DNA from: Candidatus Latescibacterota bacterium
Lineage (GTDB): Bacteria > Latescibacterota > UBA2968 > UBA8231
Length of the DNA stretch: 64,000 nt
Direction of reading: 5' to 3'
Assembly (NCBI GenBank): GCA_965215195.1
Contig: CBDCDC010000001.1
Coordinates: 768,001 to 832,000, forward strand
The position numbers and the translations under genes were made by a program. The notes under the pieces are model-generated. The model made no database searches, was not told the origin of the DNA, and saw nothing but the letters and a program-made list of their open reading frames with translations. Every line of letters begins with the position of its first letter. Position 1 is the stretch's first letter. Shown here one piece after another: positions 47,389 to 57,882 of this stretch.

Positions 47389-50300
47389 TCCGCCGCCACC
47401 TCGCCCAAGTACGTGCGGCCGATCATCGCCCGATTGCTGCGGGCAAACTCCAAGGCGCGCCATTCTTCCTCTCTTTTCTCTAAAGCTGCGATAGCCTCAT
47501 CATAGGCTATTGCGGCTAGGCGCCAGTTGTCCATCTGGTAATAGGAAACCCCGATGTTGCACCGCGCCGCCGCCTCGCTAGGGGTGTCGGGGTAGCGCAC
47601 AATCACCTCCTCCAACACCGCGATGGCCCGTACAAACTCGCCCTCGTCGTAGAGCGCCATGCCCTCGCTGTAGAGCGAGTCGGCTTCCGCATCGGCCATA
47701 TAGGCCAACAATTGGCGCGCTTGCACGGCCTCGGCCGTCTCCGGGAAGCGCTCTACCACTTGCTCGTAGAGCCGCGACGCCTTGAGAAAATGGTGGCCGT
47801 TGTAGTAGTAATCGCCGATGTGCATAAGCCCCTGATGGGCGCGTTCGTGCTGGGGATGCTCGCGCGCCAAGCGCAAAAAGAGGTCGTTCATCGGCTCAAT
47901 GCGCTCCAGCTCCAACTGACACCAAGCCGCCCCGTACAGGGCCTCGGGCGCGTCCTTGCTGTCCGGGTAGGTGTTGAACACGCGCTCGTAGGCCGCCAGC
48001 GCCCGCTCGTATTCTTCCTTCTCGTAGTATAGTTCCCCAATCAGCAACTCGGCCTCGGCCGCCTGCGGCTGATCGGGATAGGCTGCAACCAACTCCTCAA
48101 AGGCGGCCTGCGCGGCCGCCTTCTCGCCCCGCGCTTGGAGGCTGTGCCCCAAGTAGAACAGGGCGGCGGCCTGCATCGCCCGACGCGGTGCTCCCTCCAA
48201 GACCGCGCCAAACGCCCGCTCTGCGGCCTCGTAATCGCGCTCGCCCAAGGCCACGCTGCCCAGCTCAAAATGGAATTCGGCGGCCTGAGCCGGCGCCGCT
48301 ACCCGCGCCAGCCCTTCTTCCAAGACCGCCCGCGCCCCAGCCAAGCTGTCTTGAGCGACCAAGGCCCGGCCCAACAGGAGCCACGCACGCTCCTCGTGCG
48401 CCAGCAAGGGCCGAACTTGGGCCGCGGCCTGCGCGGCCTCCCCCTGATCCAAATACCACTGCCCCAGCCCCAACAAGCCCTCGACGCGGGTGGCTTCGTT
48501 TGCAACCATCGCCCGATAGACCCCTTCCATGCGCTGGCTATCCTTCAAGGTCTGGGCACACGCACTCATCGCCTGCAACAGAGAGCGCCGCTGGTCGCCG
48601 GCCAAAACGCCCGCCTGCCAAGCCGCCTCCCAGGCCTCCCACGCGGCCTCGTACTGCTCGGTCTTGTACAAGCTCCAGCCCAACCCCACCTGCGCGGCCG
48701 CGGCCGTAGCCCCCTCCAACTGCGGCAGGGCCTCGCGCAACAACGGCAGGGCCCGTTCGTGCTCGCCGCGCTTCTGGTGCAACAGCCCCAACTGCGCGGT
48801 AAGCTCGGCATTCGGCGTCTGCGCTATCTGCCGCGCAATCAGGGCTATCGCCTCATCGGCTTTTCCCTCCTCGACGTATAGTTGCGCCAGTTCCAACTGG
48901 GCATGCGTGTACTGAGGCTGGGTCGGGGCCATGGACTCCAGCACCCGGCGCGCTTTTGCGCTGCGCCCGGCCTGCCGGTAGCGACGGCCCAACACCAGCG
49001 CGGCCAACCCGCGCACGTCCCCGTCGCTACATTGGGCCAAAATCTGTTCGTAGAGCGCGTCGCTCTGCTCGTGGCGCAGGCGGGCGATCTGCAACAGGGC
49101 GCGGCAGGCCAGCTCCGGAGCGGCCTCCCCGACCACGACCTGCTCAAACTGCGCCACGGCCGCGGCCGAATCGCCGAGAGCCTGATGGATCGTCCCCTGC
49201 CAAAACAGGGCCTCCGCTGCCAAGTACGTTCCCACTTCGCCGTACAGGGCCAGCGCCTCGGCAAACCACACGTCGGCACTGTCGGCGACCGCACTCTCCT
49301 CCCCCATCAGCCGCAGACACTCGGCTTGGCGGAACACAGCCTCGTCAATGGAAACCCCGGCCGCGTCGGCAAACGCACGGTACGCCGTCAGGTAGAGCCG
49401 ATGCGCCGCCAGCGCTTCCTCGTAGCGGCCCTCGTCAAACAGCAAGCTCATCAACCCGGCCTGCATCCGCGCCCGGAACGCCGGCCGCTCGGCCTGCTCG
49501 GCCGCATAGCGATACACCTCCAAGCTGGCATCCACCCCGTGCGCCGCCTCGGCCAACAGCGCCTGCCGCACCCAGGCCTGCTCGGCCAAGTGCGGCTCCT
49601 GCGGAAAGTCCCGGCTGACCTTTTTGTACGCGGCCAGCGCCTCTTCATAGCGGCCCAGCGCCTTGAGCATATCCCCGCGCTTGATATGGGCTTGGGCCGC
49701 CAGCGTCCGCCGCGACTGCCCTTCGCGCAATCCGGCCAAGGCCACGGCCCGCTTCTCCGCGTCGTCCATGCCGGCCGGGTCGTAGGTAGCGGCTAACTCC
49801 CCAAACGCCGTTAGTGCTTCCTCATAGTGCCCCAACGCTTCGAGTGCCAACCCCACCTGCAATCGCGCCCGATCCGCCCGAATTCCCGCGGGCGCGTCCT
49901 GCACATACCCCCGAAAGGCCGCCACCGCCTGCGCGTATTCCTCCTGATAAAACCACGCCCACCCCAGCGTATAGCGCGTCCGCTCGGCATAGCGCCCCGT
50001 GGGAAACAGGCGCAACAACACCTGACCGGCCGCGGCCGCCTGCGCGTACTCCGCGGCCTCAAAAAAGCACTCCACCACGAGGTAGGCCGCAGTCTCGCGC
50101 AGTTCAAAGCCGGCCTCGTCGCGCAGCGCGGCGAACCGGTCGGCGGCCGCCCGCAAGGACGCCGTAGCTAGCGCGGATAGCGAGTCTGCCGCGGCCGAAT
50201 CGGCCAACGCCGCCTCCTGCCGCCACAACTGCGCCTGCTTGCGGCCCATGTTGGCCAACTGGTAGCGCGCGGCCGCTTGCACCCCCACTGCGTGCTCATC

Positions 50301-50507
50301 CACCACCACGCGCACCTGCGAGGCGCGCATCAGCGCTCCATCCGACACGGCCAACACGCCCTCGTATATCCGCTGTGCGCCGGCAAAATCGCCGGTGGCC
50401 AGCAGCTTTTGCGCCCGCGCAAAGCGCTTGCCCAAATCCTCTGGATTGGTCACGAACTGGCTGCCAGCGACTAAGCCGGCCAGCACCAAGGGAAGCCAAA
50501 AAGCCAT
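47385..50507 (-). CDS. Large exported TPR protein (YbgF/BamD-like repeats)
   Basis: Signal peptide; many TPR units with YPD/FP motifs. Confidence 0.85.
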   Translation of the reverse strand: MAFWLPLVLAGLVAGSQFVTNPEDLGKRFARAQKLLATGDFAGAQRIYEGVLAVSDGALMRASQVRVVVDEHAVGVQAAARYQLANMGRKQAQLWRQEAALADSAAADSLSALATASLRAAADRFAALRDEAGFELRETAAYLVVECFFEAAEYAQAAAAGQVLLRLFPTGRYAERTRYTLGWAWFYQEEYAQAVAAFRGYVQDAPAGIRADRARLQVGLALEALGHYEEALTAFGELAATYDPAGMDDAEKRAVALAGLREGQSRRTLAAQAHIKRGDMLKALGRYEEALAAYKKVSRDFPQEPHLAEQAWVRQALLAEAAHGVDASLEVYRYAAEQAERPAFRARMQAGLMSLLFDEGRYEEALAAHRLYLTAYRAFADAAGVSIDEAVFRQAECLRLMGEESAVADSADVWFAEALALYGEVGTYLAAEALFWQGTIHQALGDSAAAVAQFEQVVVGEAAPELACRALLQIARLRHEQSDALYEQILAQCSDGDVRGLAALVLGRRYRQAGRSAKARRVLESMAPTQPQYTHAQLELAQLYVEEGKADEAIALIARQIAQTPNAELTAQLGLLHQKRGEHERALPLLREALPQLEGATAAAAQVGLGWSLYKTEQYEAAWEAWEAAWQAGVLAGDQRRSLLQAMSACAQTLKDSQRMEGVYRAMVANEATRVEGLLGLGQWYLDQGEAAQAAAQVRPLLAHEERAWLLLGRALVAQDSLAGARAVLEEGLARVAAPAQAAEFHFELGSVALGERDYEAAERAFGAVLEGAPRRAMQAAALFYLGHSLQARGEKAAAQAAFEELVAAYPDQPQAAEAELLIGELYYEKEEYERALAAYERVFNTYPDSKDAPEALYGAAWCQLELERIEPMNDLFLRLAREHPQHERAHQGLMHIGDYYYNGHHFLKASRLYEQVVERFPETAEAVQARQLLAYMADAEADSLYSEGMALYDEGEFVRAIAVLEEVIVRYPDTPSEAAARCNIGVSYYQMDNWRLAAIAYDEAIAALEKREEEWRALEFARSNRAMIGRTYLGEVAAE

Positions 50508-50680
50508 TAGCGATCACACTCCTGTGGGGGAGGGTTGAGGCTGGACCTTTGGTCCGCCCTTACAGAACAAATCCTCCCCTACTTGCCAATTTTTGGTGTT
50601 CTGAATAGAGGTACGGATGGTATTCAGAAGCGGTCTGAAAATTCCGGGTATCGTCCCTTGTGTGCAGCAAACAATCGAGA

Positions 50681-53302
50681 TCAGCGATCGTACCCCGCGA
50701 TAATCGAGATGAAAAACCGCGCCACCCCGCCGTCGCGCGTCCGCGCCACGGCCGGGTCGGCAAATTCTTCGTGGCGCAGCTCAATCCCGGTGTTGGAGAC
50801 CATAGTGTAGCCGATGTACGTGCCGCGCACCGTGAACATCAGCACCGAACTGGCCGAGCGCAGCTCGCGCTCCCGATCCACGCGGTCGATAACGCGGAAG
50901 GCCAGCACCGGCAACAACGTGCGCGTGAACGGCACCCCCATCCCCTGCTGGCCAAATTGCACCAAGGTATTCTCGGTCAGCCGCCAATCCACGCGCAGGA
51001 TGGGCGCAATCTGGTTCCACGACTCCACGGCCCGCCGCCGGTTGCTTTGGGTGACGTGCTTGTACAGATGCTTGAGCATGGCTTGGACGCGCAGGCGGGC
51101 CAACTCGTAGGTGTAGTCCGTTTTGTTGACCATCGTGAAGGTCTGCACGCGGGCCGCCGCCGCCAACTGCCGGTTCAGGATCCACTGCGCGTTGTTTTCA
51201 AGGTGGAACTGGTCCAGCCGCGCCAAGCGGGTGCCGACAAACGACGTATGCACCCACGAGTCGGCCATGAGCAAGGCATCGGGCGTGGGCGGTTGGTCCG
51301 GGTTGTTGTTCTCGCCGGCGCGAAAAACGTACACCGAGTCCGGCACGGTGTCCTCAACCCGCTTGCTGTCGTGATCGAGCTGGACTTGCCCCCACCGCGG
51401 CACGTCAAAGCGGTAGGACACCCGCCCGTAGCGCGACACCGCCCGGCCCGGCCCGGCGATCTCGTCCTGGCGATAGTAGCCCACCCCGGCCGACAGGCCG
51501 CGCCAGCGCGGCAAGGCCACAAAGCCGTGCAGGCCGCGCCGGTCGCGGTCGTAGGGATAGTCGGGCTTGTTGTCGTTTTCGCGCTCGTCAATCACGCCGT
51601 TGTTGTTCAAGTCAATGCCATAGACAAACTCCTGCGGATCCGAGAAGTAGAGCAAAAACGGCTCCTCAAAGTCCGGGATTCCATTGGCGTTTTTGTCGTC
51701 GTCCGGGATGTTGTCGTTGTCCTCGTCCAGCCCGGGGAAGACGCCGGACTCGGTCTCCGAGCCGTTGGGATAGTCGCGCAAATTGTCGTCCGCGTAGCGG
51801 TCGTTGTCGTCGTTGTCATCGACCAAGGGGAACTCGGACAGGATCTGTTGATCTTGGCTTTCGCCGCCTAAGTCCGTGTAGAGCCGCACCCCGCCGCGCC
51901 GGCTGTCGTATCCGCCGCCGTAGCGCGGCCCCATGTGGAAGACTTCCCCCCCCACCTCCCAGCGCCCGACATCCTTGAGCGCGTTGACGTACCACCCGGT
52001 TGCCTTTTGGCTGCCGTGCCGGCCGCGCAGCACCGGGAAGCTGCGGTAGAGCAGGTTGCGCTGGTATTCGCCGCGCACCTTCAGGCCGACAAACGTGGCC
52101 TCCGCATCAAAGCCGAAAATCGTCTGCCCCGTGGAAAAGCCGTGTTCAAATTCTACGGCCCGGCGGTTGGAAAAATCCCGCACTTCCCCAGTCGCCCGCA
52201 CCCGCGTCTCAAAGGGCGTGTTGCGCGGGGTGAACTGATTGCGCAGCGCGTCGAAAAAGGGGTGCTGTTGCGCCACCTCAATGCGGTAGTCATTGGCCAC
52301 TAGCGCCCGCACCCGCGCCCGGCGCGGCGCAAAATCCTCTGGTACGACAAACAGGTATTCCGCCACCTCCTCGCCGCGCACCTCGCGGAAGCCATCGCCG
52401 CGCCGGCCGCCCAACACTTGCGCTTGCAATGTCGGCGCAAAGCGGTCGTCGGCCGGGTCGCTGCTAATCGTGGCCTCGCCCGCCGGCCCCTCCCCTGCCA
52501 ATTCGAGGACGATGTCGTACACAATGGCCCCGGCTTCGTCGCTTTGCGGCGAGTCGTCGCGCACGCGCACGGTAATCTCGCTCGGCGGCTGCATGGCCGG
52601 ATAGGGAATGCTACCGCGCAAAAAGCCGCCGGAGCTGCCCCGGGCCGTATTGGCTTGGTGTTGGTTGACCAAGGTCGCGCCAAAGCGCAGCACATCGCCT
52701 ATCCGCGTCTGCCAGTGGCCGGCGAGATTGTACACCGGGTTTTCCTCGGTCCGTTCCAAGAAGTCAATGAGCGATCCCCGCCCCTGGGCAACCGGGTCGG
52801 AAAAGCTGTTGAGCGTGGGGAACAGGGACGAGTCAAAGCCGCGCGTGGTGAGCACGGTGATCTTGTTGCCCGGAAAGATCACGTCCCAGCGCAAGCCATT
52901 AAAGCCAGCCTGCCTAAACGTCAACGGCGTAAACTCGGTGCGCACCTCGTCGCCCACGGTCAAGGACCAATGCCACGGGCCGTAGCTGTCGTGGGCGATG
53001 ATGAGGTTGTTGAGCGAGCGGTAGAGGCGATCCTTGAGGATGCGGCTGCCGCCGGGCCGCTGCTCGTCCAACTCGTAGACGAGGAAGCCCTCGGCGAGGA
53101 AGCGGCCGAGGAAGTCGTAGCGCGGGGCCAAGCGAATCTCGCGGCGATAGGGCCGGTACAGGTCCTCGCCGTAATTGGTGTACGCGCTCAGAGGCGGGCG
53201 GCGCAAAAAGTGGCGCGCTGGTTCGGCGTCGGGCAAATCCGCCGACAGGGGACGCCCGCACAACAGCAAGGCAAGCGGAAGAATCCAACGGAAGGCGATC
53301 AT
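50681..53302 (-). CDS. Exported/outer-membrane protein with Asp-rich Ca-binding repeats
   Basis: Signal peptide; DDNDDNDRYADD, DEDNDNIPDDDKNANGIPD, DLNNNGVID; beta-rich C-terminus. Confidence 0.7.
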   Translation of the reverse strand: MIAFRWILPLALLLCGRPLSADLPDAEPARHFLRRPPLSAYTNYGEDLYRPYRREIRLAPRYDFLGRFLAEGFLVYELDEQRPGGSRILKDRLYRSLNNLIIAHDSYGPWHWSLTVGDEVRTEFTPLTFRQAGFNGLRWDVIFPGNKITVLTTRGFDSSLFPTLNSFSDPVAQGRGSLIDFLERTEENPVYNLAGHWQTRIGDVLRFGATLVNQHQANTARGSSGGFLRGSIPYPAMQPPSEITVRVRDDSPQSDEAGAIVYDIVLELAGEGPAGEATISSDPADDRFAPTLQAQVLGGRRGDGFREVRGEEVAEYLFVVPEDFAPRRARVRALVANDYRIEVAQQHPFFDALRNQFTPRNTPFETRVRATGEVRDFSNRRAVEFEHGFSTGQTIFGFDAEATFVGLKVRGEYQRNLLYRSFPVLRGRHGSQKATGWYVNALKDVGRWEVGGEVFHMGPRYGGGYDSRRGGVRLYTDLGGESQDQQILSEFPLVDDNDDNDRYADDNLRDYPNGSETESGVFPGLDEDNDNIPDDDKNANGIPDFEEPFLLYFSDPQEFVYGIDLNNNGVIDERENDNKPDYPYDRDRRGLHGFVALPRWRGLSAGVGYYRQDEIAGPGRAVSRYGRVSYRFDVPRWGQVQLDHDSKRVEDTVPDSVYVFRAGENNNPDQPPTPDALLMADSWVHTSFVGTRLARLDQFHLENNAQWILNRQLAAAARVQTFTMVNKTDYTYELARLRVQAMLKHLYKHVTQSNRRRAVESWNQIAPILRVDWRLTENTLVQFGQQGMGVPFTRTLLPVLAFRVIDRVDRERELRSASSVLMFTVRGTYIGYTMVSNTGIELRHEEFADPAVARTRDGGVARFFISIIAGYDR

Positions 53303-53373
53303 TAAGTATCTCCTTACCAGCCGACAGCAGTCAGCGGTTGTTGCCATGTCTGCGGCGGAGCGGTCCACCGTAT

Positions 53374-55029
53374 TCAGTACACCACCCCGACCAAACCCGT
53401 CCACACATCGGCGCGGTCGGCATTAATTTCAACGCGCAGCAGATAATGCCCTATCGGGACCAGCTGCCCGGCCTCGTCGCGGCCATCCCACGCCAAGCGC
53501 TTGCGGCCGGCTGCGGCCGGCTGCCCGTCCCACAGCACCCGCTGCTTGCGGCCCGCCAAGTCGTACAGAGCTACCGTCAAGGCCTGCGGGTGCTGCACCT
53601 TGGCCAAGTCGATTTGAATTTGGGCCGCACCCGAGCCCGCGTTGAAGGGATTGGGCTGCACCAACACGCCGGTGCGCGGCAGGGCGCGGCCGACCACGCC
53701 CTCGCCCACCAAGGTCCAAGCGTCTTCTGCCACCGGCCGCACGTACTGCCAATCGGCACTATCGCCCGAAGCCACGGCCGCTCGCACCGCCAGCGTTGGC
53801 CGCAACAGCACCGACGCAAATTCCACTTCGAGCCGCCCCGACCGGCTCACGCGGTGTTCGGCCCCCAACGCCAACCGGATACCCGCGTCGTCCCACCCGG
53901 CCTCATACCCATCCTCCGGCAGCACCACCCCGTCAAACCGCACCTGTTGCACTGCGCCCGGCAGGCCGATATGCACACGGTCAAACCCGAGATCCTGCGG
54001 GCCGACTTCCACGTCGAAAGTATAGGTAAACGCGGTCTCTTCACCCAACACCGGCCGCTGCGGCGCAATGGCCCCGGCCACGGCCCGCGCAAAAAGCTGT
54101 TCCCCAAAGGCGACCGCCACCCGCGCCAGCCGCGGGGTGCGCAGGGGATCGCGCGTTTCCATGACCGCCTGATACTGCAAAAACCGCGCCGGCTCCGGCT
54201 CGGTCAGGGCCACGCCCTCGCCGACGGCCGCCAAGTCCCACGCCGGCACCCGATGCCACTCGGGCCACGCCTCCCCATCGGCCGACGTGCGAAACTGCAC
54301 CCGCAAGAGCGTGCCCGGCGGCGTCTGGCCAGCAAACCACACCCGTCCAAAGTTGACTGGCTGCCCCGCGTCGAACGCGGCCGACGCAAACGTCCCTTCG
54401 GCCGCAAAGCCCTCGCCGAATACTTCCACCTCGCCGATGGAGACCCAGTTGGGCGGGTCTTCCCGCGTCAGCCTCAAGCGCACAAAGCGGCCCAACACCG
54501 GCAGCGGCACCCCACCGGCTCCAGTCTCGATCCACGTCGCATCCGCGGACGTATCGACCGTCGGGCGGGTGTTTTCCGCCTGTTGCGCCACCAGCACCCA
54601 ATCGTCGGGCGTGGCTTCTTGCGCCACTTCGAGGCGGTAGCCTTTGACGAAAAACAGCGGTCGTTGGGTCACGGTTTTGCCCGGCAGCAGGCGCACTTGG
54701 CTCACGCCGCGGTCGCCGCCCAAGTCAATGCGAATCCACTTGCCCAACACTTCGACCTCATTGTCAAAACGCCACTCGGTGTCGGCATTGCCGTCGGTGA
54801 CGCTGCGGCGGCCGCTCAAGGTGTTCGGCCCGGACGAAGCCACTGCATCCAAGGCGAGGTTGACCCCGCGAAAGGAGGCCAGCGACACCTGCCCCAAGCT
54901 GTCGATCTCCGCGCCGGCAAAAAGGCCGCCGGAGAAACTGTCGGCCCCCTCTTGCACCCACTCGCCAGCCATTGCCGGAGCGCAGCACAGCACGGCCAAA
55001 CCGAATAAAAAACGCATCTTATTCATCAT
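53374..55029 (-). CDS. Discoidin (F5/8 type C) plus FlgD Ig-like domain protein
   Basis: TDGNADTEW, WIRIDLG, IGEVEVFG; C-terminal PNPFN..LYDLAGR..WDGRDEAGQLVPIGHY. Confidence 0.8.
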   Translation of the reverse strand: MMNKMRFLFGLAVLCCAPAMAGEWVQEGADSFSGGLFAGAEIDSLGQVSLASFRGVNLALDAVASSGPNTLSGRRSVTDGNADTEWRFDNEVEVLGKWIRIDLGGDRGVSQVRLLPGKTVTQRPLFFVKGYRLEVAQEATPDDWVLVAQQAENTRPTVDTSADATWIETGAGGVPLPVLGRFVRLRLTREDPPNWVSIGEVEVFGEGFAAEGTFASAAFDAGQPVNFGRVWFAGQTPPGTLLRVQFRTSADGEAWPEWHRVPAWDLAAVGEGVALTEPEPARFLQYQAVMETRDPLRTPRLARVAVAFGEQLFARAVAGAIAPQRPVLGEETAFTYTFDVEVGPQDLGFDRVHIGLPGAVQQVRFDGVVLPEDGYEAGWDDAGIRLALGAEHRVSRSGRLEVEFASVLLRPTLAVRAAVASGDSADWQYVRPVAEDAWTLVGEGVVGRALPRTGVLVQPNPFNAGSGAAQIQIDLAKVQHPQALTVALYDLAGRKQRVLWDGQPAAAGRKRLAWDGRDEAGQLVPIGHYLLRVEINADRADVWTGLVGVVY

Positions 55030-55224
55030 CTATCCATGCCTCCAAACCCCAGCATTCTAACGTGGTTCGTGGGTCAAAGGCGAGTTGCTGGAAGCGCAAC
55101 CTCAGGCCCAGTTGCCCCAAGCGGAGCGCGTCTTTTTTGAGCAATGGATTCATGCTCCGCACTTCGTTCGCCACGATGCAGACCTCGGTTATACCCTTCT
55201 CGACCTGCGATTATAGGAAATCAT

Positions 55225-55308
55225 CTTACTACACGCCACCAGCCCTCAGCCTGCCAAGGATCGAGGGCATCTTGCCCTCGGCGAGGGCGGGACGCCCTCG
55301 ATCCCGGA
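55225..55308. repeat. REP/MITE-like palindromic repeat, copy 2 (inverted relative to 7609-7692)
   Basis: CTTACTACACGCCACCAGCCCTCAGCCTGCCAAGGATCGAGGGC...GCCCTCGATCCCGGA. Confidence 0.85.
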
Positions 55309-55578
55309 TCCGTCGAAAACCATAGAAATCTTAAAATCTATGCTATAATTGGTTTCGTCTCTCCATCCGCAATGTTCAAGTACTTGGAACAAGACGCCTC
55401 TATCAAAGCAAGATTTGACAAACATCTTTATCGCTTCAGCAAGCATAAAGATCGCCTCCTCTTCACTTTCGCCTTGACTATATATATCGAGAGCAGGGCA
55501 ATAGGATACGTAACCTACCTTATCTTTTTTGACTTCCATAGGCAGATTATCGAGCTTGACTACGATTGGTTCAGACAT
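55246..55578 (-). CDS. Orphan HicB-like protein; tail encoded by the repeat
   Basis: YVSYCPALDIYSQGESEEEAIFMLAEAI; AT-rich; GGAGG RBS. Confidence 0.7.
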   Translation of the reverse strand: MSEPIVVKLDNLPMEVKKDKVGYVSYCPALDIYSQGESEEEAIFMLAEAIKMFVKSCFDRGVLFQVLEHCGWRDETNYSIDFKISMVFDGSGIEGVPPSPRARCPRSLAG

Positions 55579-55672
55579 TCGGCCTCCTGTTATCTAAGAA
55601 GCGGTCTGCTTCACCGCGCCTTTAGGCGCGACAAACCCCCGGCGAACCGCGTTGAGTAGCGGTTGAGCGCCC

Positions 55673-55752
55673 TCGGCTGGCGCGTTTTTGGAGGGCGAGC
55701 GGCCCTCGCCCCTAGTCGGCTGGCGCGTTTTTGGAGGGCGAGCGGCCCTCGC
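55673..55752. repeat. Tandem pair (43-bp period) of GAGGGC-N5-GCCCTC REP-like units
   Basis: TCGGCTGGCGCGTTTTTGGAGGGCGAGCGGCCCTCGC occurs twice. Confidence 0.85.
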
Positions 55753-55761
55753 TCCTATCCC

Positions 55762-56454
55762 CTATCCCATTGCTCGGCTCACTAGGTGCGCAAAGAGCTT
55801 CGACCAAATCGTCTTAGGCATCCGCTCCGGGTGAAACTGCACGCCGATTAAGCGGCCATCCTCGCTTTCAACCGCCTCCACCACGCCATCGCCGCTGCGC
55901 CCGCTGACGCCCAAGCCCGCGCCGGGCCGGTCAATGGCCTGTATGTGATTGGAATTGACCCGCGAAGGGCCAGCAAGGCCCAGCGCAGCCAGCACCGTGC
56001 CCGGCTCTACTTGGAGATCGTGCTCGAGCCAATTGTCCGCGGTCCGCGGTCGCGCATGCGGCTCAACGCCGAGCTGGGCCTCCACGTCCGCCCAGATGGT
56101 GCCGCCCAACTCGGCGCTGATAAACTGCATTCCGTAGCAGATGCCCAAAACCGGCAACTGGTGCTCTTGCGCGGCCGCAAAGCTCCAGCGGTCGGCTTGG
56201 TCGCGCTGGGCCGCCACCGGCGGGAGGTCGCTGGGCAGGGTGCCGATCAGACCGCGCTCAATGCCCGGGCCGCCGGTGATCAACAGACCGTCGATGCGCT
56301 CGAGTACCGCTTGCAGGGCAGCGCGTTCTGGGGTCATGGGCAGCACGAGCGGTGCTCCTCCCGCCTGCACGACCGCATCCACATAGTAGTGCTCGAGGAC
56401 TTGATGGCCATCGGCGTTTAGGCTGCTGGTGATGCCGATGAGCGGGCGGGGCAT
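55762..56454 (-). CDS. Gamma-glutamyl-GABA hydrolase family (peptidase C26, PuuD-like)
   Basis: RPLIGIT, DGLLITGG, LGICYGMQ, VNSNHIQAI, GVQFHPE. Confidence 0.9.
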   Translation of the reverse strand: MPRPLIGITSSLNADGHQVLEHYYVDAVVQAGGAPLVLPMTPERAALQAVLERIDGLLITGGPGIERGLIGTLPSDLPPVAAQRDQADRWSFAAAQEHQLPVLGICYGMQFISAELGGTIWADVEAQLGVEPHARPRTADNWLEHDLQVEPGTVLAALGLAGPSRVNSNHIQAIDRPGAGLGVSGRSGDGVVEAVESEDGRLIGVQFHPERMPKTIWSKLFAHLVSRAMG

Positions 56455-57755
56455 CAGACGCCGGCCTTGAGCCTTGCGAAGGAGACCTTGTCGTCGAGGA
56501 GAACCAAGGCTGCAAAGCTGTCGATGTCGGTGCGCGAGGCGTCGAGCCGGGCGATGGCGTTGCGCAAAAAGCTCTGCTGCCGGTCGTTGCGCGGGCTAGC
56601 AGTCAGGAGCCGTTGGTTAAACTGCGCCTTGTCTTCCTCGCTTTTGTCGGCTAGCCGCTCGCCCAGCCATGCTACCATGTCCGCATCGGTTCTGTTGGCC
56701 GCAATCGCCTCGGCGAAGACTGCTTGGTCGAGACCGAGAAAGTCCAGTACTGCGCGGTCAAAACCCGAATCCTCGCCGCACCAGTACTCGCCTAGGCAAT
56801 TGCAGTGCGCCGCGCGGAATTTGTCGATCATCCGCGCTAGACAGGCGAGCCCGCCGACGCTCAGATCGAACGGGCTGCGCGGCGGGTGCCGGCGCAAGTC
56901 CGTCACTCCAAAGCTCAACTCGTCGTCGAGGTCTTGCAGGTCGAAGAAGGTCTCGATGTCGCCGCGCTCGGGCGCGACCTCAGCCCGGCGCATCTCGAGC
57001 CGCTCGTGCATCTCGCCGTAGCGGCCGACGTTGGCACGCCAAGCGTTGAAGACGCTTTTGTCCGCGGCCGACTTCTGACAGGATTGGGCGATCCACTCGC
57101 TCAGCTCGTCGTCGTTGGGATTTTCGTACGCAGCTTGGCGAAAGGCGTCCTCATCAAGGCCCAAGAAATCCAAGATGGCCGCGTCTTGGCTGGAGTCAGC
57201 ACCAAAGCGGTACTCGCCTAACTTGCCGCAGGTGACCGCCCGCGCCTTGTCGGCCATGCGCGCTGCGCCCACCACGCCCAAGACGCTGCGAAGGTACGGG
57301 CTGCGCGGTGGTTGGGCAGTCAGGTCCAAGTCCCGAAAGGCCCCCCAATCGTCCAATTCAATGGAGGCGAAGACCGTTTTGATGTCCGTGCGACCGGGGG
57401 CGTACTGGGCGATTCGCTCGACGAGCAGCCGCTCGTGTAGCTCGTCTTGCGGTTCGCGGGTGAGGTGTTCCTCGTTGAAGGCCTTGATCTCCGCTTGGCT
57501 TTTCTGCGCCTTTTTTAAGGCCAGTTCGCCCAGCGCCTCGTCGTCCAACTCGCCGACAGCCTCGGCGAACTCAGCGGCGTTCATATTGATAAATTCGAGC
57601 ACTTCGACGTCGAGACCGGAGTCGTCTCCATACTTGAACTCGCCGATGGTCTCCGCGTTGTGGCCGCGCGCTTTGTCCATCATGCGCGCCAGCCCGACGA
57701 TGCCGGCGACGCAGGCGTTGGAGGGCCGGCGAGGCGGTTGTCTCGTTAGATCCAT
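56454..57755 (-). CDS. Protein with three tandem DUF5069-like domains
   Basis: Three copies of DL...PPR.P......G...(L/A)ARM.DK.RA......GE(Y/F).....S..D...L.F. Confidence 0.75.
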   Translation of the reverse strand: MDLTRQPPRRPSNACVAGIVGLARMMDKARGHNAETIGEFKYGDDSGLDVEVLEFINMNAAEFAEAVGELDDEALGELALKKAQKSQAEIKAFNEEHLTREPQDELHERLLVERIAQYAPGRTDIKTVFASIELDDWGAFRDLDLTAQPPRSPYLRSVLGVVGAARMADKARAVTCGKLGEYRFGADSSQDAAILDFLGLDEDAFRQAAYENPNDDELSEWIAQSCQKSAADKSVFNAWRANVGRYGEMHERLEMRRAEVAPERGDIETFFDLQDLDDELSFGVTDLRRHPPRSPFDLSVGGLACLARMIDKFRAAHCNCLGEYWCGEDSGFDRAVLDFLGLDQAVFAEAIAANRTDADMVAWLGERLADKSEEDKAQFNQRLLTASPRNDRQQSFLRNAIARLDASRTDIDSFAALVLLDDKVSFARLKAGV

Positions 57756-57882
57756 AAGTGAGAGCTCCTACGTTTGGGGGTGAAGGTTTGCAATATACCA
57801 ACCGCAGACCGGTCGGCCATGTTTGACGCTTCTACAGGCGGCTTCTATACTTGCGGCGCAGCTTGCTAAAGAGCCTCTGCCC

